From: Styela clava
Taxonomy: Eukaryota
DNA: 64,000 nucleotides
Reading direction: 5' to 3'
NCBI RefSeq assembly: GCF_964204865.1
Contig: NC_135257.1
Span: forward strand, 6,696,001-6,760,000
This document shows, one piece after another, positions 1 through 12,641 of the stretch (position 1 is its first letter; every line of letters starts with the position of its first letter). Both the position numbers and the translations under genes were made by a program. Under the pieces are notes generated by a model. The model was not told the DNA's origin. It saw nothing but the letters and a program-made list of their open reading frames with translations, and did not search any database.

Positions 1-1855
1 AATGTCTGTGGCAGCTTTAGAAGGTTGGCAATCCCCACTCTCCTAATACGCCACACAGCACATTGAATATTATATGTTCTAATATGTAATTTTATAATTT
101 AGCATTATGACTGAGGTCGCAAGTCAAGCTAACTTCATGAAAAGTACTGCAATGAAAAATTCCTGAAGGCCTAAACCATTGGGGTATATATGGTGATTGG
201 TGAAAATAGAACTGACGCGAAGTGGACTTTCATGTTATTGTTGGAAAAGTATAACTTACTCATTCAGTTGTATCAAAGCGATTTTACGGGAGAAGATCTT
301 TATCCAAACCCTGACTTATACAAATTTTGACTCTAACTCTGGCTTGGGACTTCTGGTAGAAAAATCGGTTCTGACCACAATGCTAAAAAACGTCAACTGA
401 GTTGCAACAACTGAAATAAGTAGTTACTAGTTTTCATTTTATCCGCGAATGGAGTTGAATTTAACGATTGTCGCTTTAATATTTAGTTAATATTAGATAG
501 TCTGCTTTCAAAAAACATCGCAACATTTTCGAAACAAACATAAAAAATCACACAATATTAAAATATAAAAAGAATTATTTTGGGGCCAAAAGCACGAAAT
601 ACCTCCATTGCCAGTGGACATATTGATCTATTTTTGTTTTGTCAATGCAAATTGTGTTACCCCGCTTTCGTACGAGCATCACGCATAACCTTTTTTCATA
701 TTAGATCTCTTTTTGCTGGACTGAATTCCGTTGCACAACCGAAGGAGGCATTGAAATTAGACGTTATTAGATTTTCTTAACCGAATATATTCACTTTAAT
801 ATATTTGAGACATAATAGATGTGAATTAAATTGACCAAACAGACCAGACGAAAACTTTCTTCCCAATTCAAGATCAACTAGCACGAGTGATTTCCTGCTA
901 TTTATTGAATGTTTCTTATATCAACATTGTAAAATAAACAGTACGCCCGTCTACTCGTTTTGAAAGCGCAGAAGTTTAATAATTTGCTTTTCTAAATCAA
1001 TCTCAGACGACCGTATGCGATGCGCATCATTGTATTTACAAGCACTTGTTGAAAACCATCAATGACACTTAAATGGCTTTAAAAGACCTACGCGAGAGCA
1101 CATTAACTCAGAGTCAATAACATTTTTTCAATTTCAATGTTGGATGTAACAAACAGTTAATTACTTAGCCTTATGAATTTACTCGAAATATTTTTGTGAA
1201 ACATGTTACATATCATACTTGAAAATGAGAGATCTGTTTAATTTTGACATCTCAGCAAAATGGGTAAAAAACAGGAAGATTAAATTTATGATAAACAAGT
1301 AATGGTTCATATGTTAGCTGCATCTAGGATCGGTTCTTGTCCTCCAACTCCGCATACAGTATAGACAATAACTTAGATTTGATATAGTATCGGCAAAAAT
1401 ATCTCAAACCTCTGTGTTTAGAAGAACAGATCGTGTGTCATGTTCCAATAAGAAGAAAATGATAAAACTAAAATAATTTCAGCGATTCTGGTATTCTGTG
1501 ATAATTTTTTTTTTTTACATCGTCTTATTGGGAATGTTTGCGCTGCGAGACAGCTTGTAAACTGTAACGCTAAAATAATTACATTTGGTAACCGATCTTA
1601 GAGCAGTTAAGACCTTGTTACACACACGATTCGGTGTCAAAATTCCATCTTTTGTCTAAATCGAGGCGAACACAATACCGCCTACCGAAGAGCACAATAG
1701 GCTAATATTTACAAAAGTACGCAGAACACCTCGAAGCTATCAAAGATACATTGCGGATCACACTAGGAGAGAACGACGTTCAGTGCAAACAAAGCAAAAG
1801 AAAAAGCTTTTAGAAAATGGTTGAGTGCTGTAGATTGCGAGACGGGAGAGAGTCG

Positions 1856-1883
1856 GTTGCCAGGCACCAGGCGTCAGGGCAAC
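1856..1883 (+). promoter_or_regulatory. Pair of RFX X-box-like motifs upstream of the ODF3-like gene
   Basis: GTTGCCAGGCACC (1856-1868) and GGCGTCAGGGCAAC (1870-1883) resemble the X-box consensus GTTGCCATGGCAAC. They lie about 170-190 nt before the ATG of a cilia/flagellum gene, and RFX regulation is established for such genes. Confidence 0.5.
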
Positions 1884-2050
1884 CAGGTCGACAGGAATCT
1901 CGTGGGTCTTATACAGTCACTTTATCACTCCCATTAGCAAGCGAGAAGGCAGTGAAGTTTACTTTATTCTGCATTTCACTCTAATTACATAGATTAGTGT
2001 GTACTTGTGGCGTCTGATCTAGTTGGAAACACGTCAAAAGGTGAAATATA

Positions 2051-5000
2051 ATGGAGGATACTGAAAGAAAGAAAACAATGATCGCAGCGCGTGAAAGAGG
2101 TTAGTATGGATTAGGCATTTTTCTTGCATAGATTAGAGTTATAACAACACATAACTCTGACTGAAATCTGCCCAATGGTTACTATATTGTGTATTCAATT
2201 AAAATATACGTAGCTATATGTAAGTACAGACATAAATACAAGTACATGTGTGCATATACATATATATATATCTTCATAGTGAACAAAAAGTGTCAATAGT
2301 CAATTATCAGGAAAAAAAGACTTCACTGAGAAACTACTCATAGCCTTACAAAATATATCGGTGACATATTTCTGTAAGTGTAAAACAATACTTCTGAAAC
2401 TTCATATATTTTTCGCTATTCGTCTTAATTTTGCCATCCCTATTCTTGCAGTCAGACAAGGCGTACGCCCGTACATAGGCAGAAAAAGTAGTGATTAACA
2501 CCTTTCACTATCTGTATAATATAATGCTGGTGATATAAAATCAGGCAGCCTGTCTATCACATTAATGCCCGTGTGTTAATGTCCTTATTTGCCAATATAT
2601 TTGCACATTGGATAACTGTGCTCAAATGTGTATAAGTGCCCTTGAATATTAATTTTTGACAACGTACAATGTGCGCAAGAACTTGTATTATAGTAGATAG
2701 ATATAACGTAAGAGTGATGTATATTTTCAGGTCCTGGGCCTGGTAGATATGGACTTCCTAGTACGGTTGGGTTCAAAGGACATGATTTCACAAAACATCA
2801 AAAGCCTTCGTATTCATTCGGAATGAGACTAGACAATTCAAGTAAGTTTGCTGTGTATTGATAATCTGGTTCAAATGACGAAATACTTTCGCGTGTTTCA
2901 ATGTACAAGATGCAATGAAAACTGTAACGTTTTGTGGTCCGACGAGATCATAATAAGGATCTACCATGTGTGGTTGTGCGTGTTTGGAGGAATAAGCATT
3001 TTAGCAAATTGAGCTTGTTTGCTGAAATTCCGCCTATTTGAACGCGAAAAAGCTATCTGTAATCGAATGAGGTGAATTTCGAGTGCTGTCAGGCCGGTGC
3101 ATATTGCCACATTGTGTATTATGCAGACATTCTGAATCTATAGGGCACCAATTGAAACCGAAATGCACCTTATTCTATCATATTGAATCACGGTCCATGA
3201 TTTGCAGCATTTACATGCGTGAACAAATGTACTTGTACGTTAAGTTTTACACCGAACCCCAAATCAGCCGTGTCAACTCATCAACGTAACGATCTACATA
3301 TTCAAGCTTGATTTTGGTGTACAAAATAAATTTAAAATATACCGAAAAATGTAATTGCGACCTCCCTTCAAATATAATTTGAAATAAATTGCTTTTTTTT
3401 TAATCAGAATGAGATGATTCCTAATGGCCGCTATGTTAAATTAATTTCCAAAATAACTTCTTTGTGAAATTCATATATGGGATAATAGACCACACCACCG
3501 ATATCTAATATGTATTTAAATTTGGATTCAGCATTTGTTTATTATAACAAATGTCGTCTCGATCGAAACAGTTTTATGTTATTGGAGTCTGCCAACGTTT
3601 AATGGCGTACCTCATAAATGGCCATTGTAAATTGGCTTTCAATGTCCTTGAGGTAACAATGAGCGAAGTTCAATTGTGCGTTTACTTGGAATTTAAGGAT
3701 TATTAAAGAAACGTAGAAAATTATCTTTTGTAAATCACTTCTCAAAAGACAAGCCCATTGAACGGATTACACTATAACGTCTAAACGAGCTAATTTAAGT
3801 AATCGGAATAATCTAAAGAGACTTTCAAGTAGGGCCTGAAACTACTAAAGTTAGCTTTCAATTGAAGTCACGTTTGGGTAATATGAGATGTTCTAAAGTG
3901 TCCTCGACTTAATGATTTAAGTCAGCAGGGCCAAAAATTTTATTTGCAACAAGAATGCAGATGCCAAGTAAAGAACACTTAACAGATCCGTTTTCTCGTC
4001 TGGGTTTTATTTACAATTATGGAGTTAGTAACATGGCTAAAAACAAGCCTAGAAGCTAATTTACTCGAAATACCAAAATTTTTTAATATATACCTCGTAC
4101 AATTCGATGATGATTTTGGATATGTACCTAACGTTATAACTTGTTCGTAACCATTCACAAATGTAAAATCTTAGTAATTTTGTGGATGATTAACGACTAT
4201 CGCAACCACTTCGTGTAAATATATTTTAATTTCATATTGTGTGTGTGTTGGGACTGAGCAAACACAATAACGAAATAACTTTACTATGAAGAAATGTATA
4301 ATCTTCATAACATTCAGGCTGCCAAAACACGTGAATTTCACTCTCGCCATAATAAATTGGGTTAAATAAATGAACTGAACGGAATTTTTGTACTATCCCT
4401 CACTAATACGCAGCAAAATTGTAATGAACTATATGCGCGCATGTTAATACTTTCAGTTGTATCTGATAAGTCTTATCGTAATAGCATAATATTATTTACT
4501 CAAGGCAGGCCACTTCAATTATCGCAAAAAGCATGTCCGGTCTTTCATTGGTACTACATTGTTTGGAAACAATAAATTATGTGATCGTCAGGTAACCTTG
4601 CGCAAACAGCAACCGTATTTTTATCTAAACCTTCTCGTAACATTACTGAATCGTAAGTTATTGAAGAGTTCCAAAATCGGTGATATTTTTTTCATTATAT
4701 ATAACAGTGTTCTCTAAGGATGTAAGTCCTGGACCAAAATACCTGATAGAATCACGTTATACAAGGCATGGACCGGAAGGCGAACCTAAATATTCGATGC
4801 TTGCAAGACAGCCAGAATTAAGTAAGTGAATTTCCAAGTAAAACGAATAATGAAAAGCAATCTGCAATTCTTTTAGTAAGAAATAATCTCCTGTACAGTA
4901 GTGTTTATCATAGATGTGCTGCGCCTTTAATCAGTAGCATATTGTCATGATATTATTAAAATTAGAACTAGCAATATTTGGATAAAACTGGACATAAAAT

Positions 5001-6156
5001 TATTTGTTCTATACAACATGCTCGAGAATATTAGCAATACCATTTAGTCCCAGTTTCGTTGTGAGCTAAAAAAAAATTTTTTTACGGCATATTCCTACAA
5101 AAAAGATCATATTTATTACCTCTTGTCAATATACCCGCCATTTATTCCAATAAGCAAACACGCAACAAATTGCGTTAGTGATTAACACTGTTTACTGTTA
5201 TGGGAGAAAGATAAATCGTTGGATAGAACTCATATTTACGGAAGACTACTCAAATTCTATGTGGTGTAATACAAAAACATTTTTGAAAGTTTTGTGACAG
5301 AACCTGTAGAATGTATGTATCACTATGCCTCAATTGAATGTATTTCATCAAACTTGAGTTCGATGTAATTATAGCACTTCAAGCCAAATTTTATATAATC
5401 ATTTTACAAGCATCTTGCATTTGATTCTATCTTATACCTAGATTATTAGTATTATGTAGTTATGTAGTCTCTAATCAAGCATTCTGTTTTTTCATTTTCT
5501 CAACTTTCAATCTGCATCGTTGTTGCGTCAACTTCATCATCATGAAATCATCTCATCTTCTCGGTGTTCTGGTTTTGATTATTCCAATCGCATTTTCTTC
5601 ATTTTTATTTTCTTTGCTATTTTTATTTTATTCTTTACACAATGGTTATTTCATTGCATTATTTCACAAAAAAGGGGGTTTTAAAACACCTGGCCCGGGC
5701 ACATATGACAATCAACGGGTGCATCCCCAGGGTGAAAGACACGCCCCTAAGTATTCCATGTCTATGCGCACACGATTTAGGAAGCGAGATGCAAATCCAG
5801 CTCCCAATGCGTATTCCTTACCCCAACTAGTAGGACCCAGGGTAATCAATAAAAATGCAAGTTCAGCTTACTCCATGACAGGGCGTTCTAAAATTAACGG
5901 ATTTGATGAAGATTTGGCCCGAACCCCGGGCCCAGCGAAATACGATGTTACTAGTCCCAATGTAAGCCGAACAAAACAACCCCTTTATTCCATGCTAGGG
6001 CGAAACGAAATGCCTGGCGATAATACCCGAAAACCTGGTCCCGGTGCTCACTCTCCAGAAAAGGTATACATGAATAAAACCAGAGCTCCAGCATGTTCGA
6101 TAGGCATCCGGCATTCCGAATTTATTACTCCTCTGATCATAGACGTTCTTGACTGA
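2051..6156 (+). CDS. ODF3: Outer dense fiber protein 3 / SHIPPO-1 / CIMAP1-like protein (PGP repeats), isoform with proximal last exon
   Basis: Exons 2051-2099 (MEDTERKKTMIAARER), 2731-2841 (GPGPGRYGLPSTVGFKGHDFTKHQKPSYSFG), 4708-4821 (SPGPKYLIESRYTRHGPEGEPKYSM) and 5675-6156 (TPGPGTY...TPGPAKY...KPGPGAH...GIRHSEFITPLIIDVLD*). All introns are GT-AG and phase 1. Repeated PGPG-x-Y motifs. Confidence 0.9.
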
Positions 6157-8137
6157 TGTGCATTTTTATGCCATTTCGAAAAACAGGGTTGTGTTGACCA
6201 AACAAAAATTTAACGATTGTGAAAAGAAAAGTTAGTGATATGTAAATTTTCGTATTTTCGTATGTAAAATCTCGTATTTTTCAAAAAAACTATTAAATTA
6301 TAATATTATCAAGTGTTTGAAATTATGTTTTGATACCTCTAAAATAGTGATTTTTTTTTTTATAATTTTAAATAAGTATCAAACCCTATGCCCTTAGCGT
6401 TAAACACGAGTTAAGTTATAAGAATGGTCTTATGGCAATGTTCTTTAGGAACTAATGTAAAACATTTACAAAATTTATCATTTGAAATTAAGATTGCTGT
6501 AATAATAATTTATAAACATTTTTTCTTTTGAATGCACTTAGCCGTCCATGACCAAAAGCCATACCTTTTCACCATTGAGATTCATTTCCATATTTAAAAA
6601 AAATTAAGCCGTACATAATTATCGTGGGTGGAATTTTATCAAGATTAATCCGCCCATTAGTAGAATTTTGATTGGCCTCCAATTTTGAGCCAGATACAAA
6701 ATGTATATCCGAATTGAATACTTTATAGTGTCCGTCTTGTTCATATTAACCGTCCATACATTGTAAACTTTATATAACAGAATTTTTATAGTTGTTTCAT
6801 GTATAGTATGTTTCACTTTTCTTAGTGGTCCTTATACTTTGACTTAGCTGAATGTTTGTCCGACTTTATTAGAATATTATCATCTACAATGAAATTTTTT
6901 CTTTGTGAAAAATAAAATATTTCTTCTCCATCGAAGTACGTTGCTGATCATTTTATTTTTTTTTGCATGCTAATAAATTTTATCAAGCTTCGTTGAACTT
7001 TATGTAACTGCTGATTTACATATGGCGTTAGAATAGCTATCATAACATTGTTAGTGCAATTAGTTTAATTAGTTCTGTCTATTATAGAAAAAGTAGAAGC
7101 GTAGTTTTCGAAATTGTGACTTGCCAGTACAGGACACAGAATCATTCGATATATTATCTTTGCAACCAATGTTTTTCCCAATTTTGAAATATAAGAAGTT
7201 GAATTTTTCAATGTGACTCGGAATCAAAGGTCGATAGCCTACTGGACCCAATAAGCTTAATCCAAGAAGCCAGCCGTGGCCTTGGGAAATCATTACCCGC
7301 GATGATGAGATCGATCATTGGTACCTGAGCGCATATTATATATATATATCTATGAGTCTGTACGTGAGTTTGTCTGAGTCTGTACATGAGTCTGTACAAG
7401 ATCTATATTGTTTATTCTCAATTAGGTTCTCGGAATTAGATGAGCATAGCATTACGAAATGTGAATTTCATGCATCACATAAATCGGGAGCATTTCAGAT
7501 TTAATTTGAAGGTTTGTCCAAATTTGTCAAAGTTGTCCAATATGTATTATATCATTATTCATTAGACGAGCACAAGAATTCATTCTGATTTTAAATTTTC
7601 CCCAATATAACTCGGGATAAAGTTATTCTCTGCTGGAAACACTCAAAGTTGGTCAGAAAAATTGAATCAGAATTTCATAATTGTACTATTCCCACTTTTT
7701 CACTACACAACAATCATGCACAGCATAATTAATGTGACATATGCGTCAATTTTTCGTTAATTATGGATCTAGCTAGATTCCTGGCAATCTCAAGTGGCTT
7801 GTCATTAATGCCACAGTAAATATCGGGAGGTGTACGGAGTTGATTCATATTCGTAATTAGCTGAGAAATCCTGCAAGGCTCCGATGAATGAAAGGGATAA
7901 TAAATCTCTTTATTGAACTCGAAGGGTACATATGCATTGTTTTGCTATTTTATGTTCGAATCTGCTTCAATTTTGGATTTTGTTTCCCTTTGGAAATGAT
8001 GTATTGGCGGCATAATTATCTGCCCGATCTTTACGGTCTATAAACATTCAAATTACACTCGATTTATCTCCAAGTATGTAACATTTGGCTGTATGGATTG
8101 CTAAACTCCAACGCTCATTTAAATATGTAGGATTTTG

Positions 8138-8365
8138 GGTGCTCCTGAAGTATGCGTACCAAGATGGAGAACAACGGAACGTAGTATGTGTGCCAGGTTA
8201 GGGTTAGGCACAATTTCATTCCAATTTCCTTATTTTAGTTTTATTACGAGTTCAGGGACTAGCCAAGTGTCTTCCGTAGTATTTGTACCCAAAATTATGG
8301 CCTAACCTGGTACACATACTACGTTCTGGTGTACTCTATCTTGGTACGCATACTTCAGGAGCACC
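8138..8365. mobile_element. MITE, 228 bp, long TIRs, 8-bp TSD
   Basis: About 65-bp imperfect TIRs (GGTGCTCCTGAAGTATGCGTACCAAGAT... / ...ATCTTGGTACGCATACTTCAGGAGCACC). Perfect TSD GGATTTTG at 8130-8137 and 8366-8373. GG...CC ends; superfamily uncertain (Merlin- or MULE-like). Confidence 0.85.
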
Positions 8366-8756
8366 GGATTTTGTACACGCTGTGGCAAGTTATGAAAACG
8401 AACACTAAGCCTATCAAAACGGGGTCATTGAATGAGACATGGGTCGTGTATTCACATTATGAGCTAACAATTTCAATACCGCTAGTATAGTACGATACAG
8501 TTCTCAAAGACTGTCAGTTCTATACAACTACCCACGCATTTCCATCAGTTTTTTCATGCATGAAGTTAATCGATAAATTGTCAAGAAACGAGAGAATGAT
8601 ACCTAGTGAAAACAAGAGCATAAGCTCGTGAGTTGTGACCCTCGGGTGACCGCCCTGTTGCCTCCAAGGGGGCTCAGTTTGAAGAAACCTTTCCCTTCTC
8701 TAATGCAAGAAGAATAGTTAGAACAGATTATTTAACAACTTTCATATTCTATTTAG

Positions 8757-9241
8757 GACCCTTTAACAATCCCGGTCCAGGAACTTACCGGGTGGAATCG
8801 GTGCATCCCCAAAACGAGCGATGCGCACCGAGGTATTCCATGTCAGCACGAACACAATATAGAAGATTTGATGCTAATCCTTCCCCAAATACTTACAAGT
8901 TGCCTAGTGCTTTGGGATCCAATGTACCCAACAAGCCATCGAGCGCTTGCTACACACTGAGAGGTCGAACAAGTGCGATGGGGTTTGCCGAAGACCTCGC
9001 AAAGACTCCTGGTCCTGCTGGATACAGAGTTCCCAACTACAATACGGTAAGAAGAGCAGCTCCTCAGTATTCTCTGAGTGCCCGGTGTTATATGCCGAGC
9101 GACAGTACAAAGAAACCGGGTCCGGGAGCTCACAATGCAGAACGTGTATCATACCACTTGAAACGCAGTCCTTCATTTTCTATGGGTATACGGCACTCTG
9201 AATTCATCACTCCCTTGATAATCGACGTTGGCTTCAACTAA
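8757..9241 (+). CDS. ODF3: Duplicated alternative last exon of the ODF3-like gene
   Basis: Acceptor ttctatttag|GA at 8756/8757 has the same phase 1 as the 5675 exon. Open frame RPFNNPGPGTY...GIRHSEFITPLIIDVGFN* aligns without gaps to the 5675-6156 exon (90/160 identical residues by hand count). No copies of exons 1-3 were seen between 6157 and 8756. Confidence 0.8.
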
Positions 9242-11437
9242 TGAAACTATTTTTGTTTCTCTATTTTGTCATTTCATCACGCACTTCGCTCAAATTTTAT
9301 ACAGTCAGATTGATACATTTAAAATTTTAATGCCTGCTGTTTATTTGCTTTTAAAGCCCAATATTGTGTCGCGTCGATGTTGTAGTCTAGTCACCCTAGT
9401 GCTTTTCTGTTTTATGCCATAAATCAACTGAACACACGAAATTCTGTGAGTAGATCAAGTGAAACACGTTTTCATGGCAAGGGGAGGCGTTCATTCTTGT
9501 TATATCAAGTTCAGTTAAACCGAACAAATTGAATACTCGCGTAAAAACTGTTAATAATCGAAACAGGAGTGAAGCATATAAACTACCAGTGTTATGAAGT
9601 AGGCTATGGCACTTTCATAAACAAAAGACCAAGGACAAATTAGACTGTTAGAGTCTGTTAGACGAAGGCATAAAGTTTAAAAAATAGTTCAGTGCGTAAT
9701 AAACTGTTACAGTTGTTTTTAATGTTTGAAAGCTGTATTTGCAGCAGTACGACTTAACCGGAATACCGGTAGGTGCTCGCCACTAATACAGTCTAGTGAT
9801 ACTGTAATAATTAGTTCAGAAGATCCCGTGTGCTGCAAAGCCACACAAATAGGTTCGAAGTTCACGATGCCAACGAAGAGACTTTTTTTAAATAGTGTAA
9901 AATCCACGCTTGAAGCAGATAAAATAAGAGCGACAAAATACAACGCTTACTCTTAGGACAGCAAAGTAGAAAGAGGTTGACACTGCGAATCCGCAGCATA
10001 GTTCATATATGCAGTGGTGGTTGGAGTCGAGTAACTAAATCTAACTGTCGGGCGAATTAGGGCTCCACACACCAATGCATATGCAATAACTAGACACGAA
10101 ATATAAATAAAATACAAAACAATAAAAAAGTAGGACAATTCCAGTCCCGCCACATATTTGTTTAAATAAAATTAACAGGTGAGATTTTTCATACATACCG
10201 GTAGAAACGTCTTAGGTATGAGACCAATCATGAAGAATGGTGACTCGCCTCTGGGGGGACTAGTAGTACAGCAATACTCACGCGCATGGGATTGCAATTT
10301 ACAGAAATACGACCCGGCATGTTCATTTTCAACGCCGTCCACTTAGTTAACTGCTGTGAAATAGATAAAAGGCAAAAAAGAACCTATATTACGGACTACG
10401 CACATGGCCACTCACACTGCATCTTATGCGATAACAAAACAAGAGAGCTACGCACAAATATATGGACACGTCATATCAGAGCGAATCAGTCCTTACCGGT
10501 ACCTTTGACGCTACCGGTACCCTCAAAAAAGTTTTGAATTTCCAGTAGCAAGAATTTTGCAGAATCAAAACGTACAGCCAGTCATGACACTGACTAAAAT
10601 CCGTGTTCCCATGGATAAAAAATAATACAGCAAAATTTTAGATGAAATATCAAATTCCATAGAATTCACGCAAAATTTTGAAATAAATAAAAGTAATAGC
10701 CTTCTAGCGAAAAAATTAATCTTTAACCACTGAAAATTTCAAAGCAATTGGTCCAGTATTCGAAGAGAAAAGCGACTTTTCAAAAACGTGTCAAAGAACA
10801 AGAACAACAACACAAGAGAGCAATGCTCAAATATATGGACACGCAGAACAACTCCCCAAAAATCATATGCGGTGACCAACGACTAACATACCGGCGGTGA
10901 CTTACCAGTACCTGTATCGGGGTACCGTGACGGTACAGGGACTGTCATATATATTTTAGGTCCTGTGACAATTGAAACATCAGTTGTAATATCTCGTGAT
11001 ATGAGTCAGGATCAGGTACCGAACCACAGTCAAACATTTCACATAAAAACGTTACTAAATAACATGCGTCAACTTAACACCACCCGAATCGGGGTACAAT
11101 TTTTGGTACAGTGACTGTCATAGTCGTTTAAGGCTGATGGACAATTCGACTACACGGACAACTCACCAGGCCTAGGGTGGTGTAGCCAGTCTGCGGACAA
11201 TTTCATTCAAACCGCTATAAAACAAAAACCAATATATCTAACCCGTTAATTTTTTCACCGTGGGTGCATTGGCGGCATTTATTCTACACGCTAAACCTCG
11301 TATTAACTTTCTACGACAAAGGGTTAAAGCTATACAAATCCCCAAAGTACGGCACTCGAAAGACGTATTTGCGACCACGGATTTCAAGCCTTGATCATCG
11401 TTTCTGCTGCGTCGAGACTATCGTATACGCAGCCATA

Positions 11438-12115
11438 CAGCAATCAAACAGACAAAACACGGTGGTCGCAAATTGGTTGACAAAGATATTATCGACGTAT
11501 TAGGATAGGATTTACATATTTATCCCGGGGGAGAGAAGTAGCCTAACTATCAAATATGGTTAACACAACTCTACCCACCTGCCAAGTTTCATCTTTTTAT
11601 CTCTTATATTTGTACGGATTTTCAAGCTTTTGACAGCTACGAGTTAGTTCAGTGTCACCGCGCTGTGTTACGGTACCAGAACTACTCTATCTTTAGAAGT
11701 TCCTGTCTTGTGACAGCGTGAAAACATTGGGCTTCTAATTGCATTTCTGACCGTCATATATTTCAAGAACACGGTTATTTCGAACAAAACTCGTTAAATT
11801 ATAAACAAAGCACCACATCACAGCAATCAAACAGACGAAAACACGGTGGTCGCAAATTGGTTGACAAAGATATTATCGACGTATCGGAAATGCACACCCC
11901 CTATTCCCCCTCCTTCAAATGTAGAAACGCGAAACCTTCAAATATGGTTAAAAGAAACACAACTCTACCCACCTGCCAAGTTTCATCTTTTTATTTCCCA
12001 TGTTTGTATGGATTTTCAAGCTTTTGACAGCTACGAGTTAGTTCAGTGTCACCGCGCTGTGTTACGGTACCAGAACTTCTCTATCTTTAGAAGGTCCTGT
12101 CTTGTGACAGCGTGA
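11438..12115 (+). repeat. Local direct duplication of about 290 bp
   Basis: 11438-11722 and 11821-12115 share CAGCAATCAAACAGAC...GATATTATCGACGTAT and CACAACTCTACCCACCTGCCAAG...CTTGTGACAGCGTGAA. They differ in a central segment of about 50 nt. Confidence 0.85.
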
Positions 12116-12641
12116 ATTGAAATTGCAAGATGGTTCGTTGGACACAAAATGGCGTCCAATACCCGCAGAACGTTTAGTGACGTCATAGCAAACAAAAACA
12201 AATCTTACAGAGCTAACAGAAATATTTGAAATAAATAAAAGTAATAGCCTTCTGGAGAAAAATTTCATCTTCAACCACTGAAAATTTCAAAGCAATTAGT
12301 CCAGTAATCAAAGAGAAAAGCGACTTTTTAAAAACGTGTCAAAGAACAAGAATAAGAGAGCTATGCTCAAATATATGGACACGTAGAGTCACATAATTTT
12401 GATGACGTCATAGCGAAAAAAAAAGTAATAGCCTTCTGGAGAAAATTTTTATCTTTAACCACTGAAAATTTCAAAGCAATTGGTCCAGTATTCGAAGAGA
12501 AAAGCGACTTTTTAAAAACGTGTCAAAGAACAAGAACAACAACATAATATTGAAACGATCGTTATGTTCATTACGTGTCCAACAAAGAGATGAGAGCTGA
12601 ATTCACGGCGGTACCGGTACCTAACGTAGGTGCGGTACTGA

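Noticed and set aside
5542-5674. Hydrophobic N-terminus of the 204-aa ORF, resembling a signal peptide or TM helix on ODF3
   Set aside because: It is the translated polypyrimidine tract of the intron. The real exon begins at the AG at 5673-5674 and joins upstream exons in frame.
9719-10153. Short overlapping ORFs downstream of ODF3
   Set aside because: No recognisable domain, non-ATG starts and no consistent exon chain.
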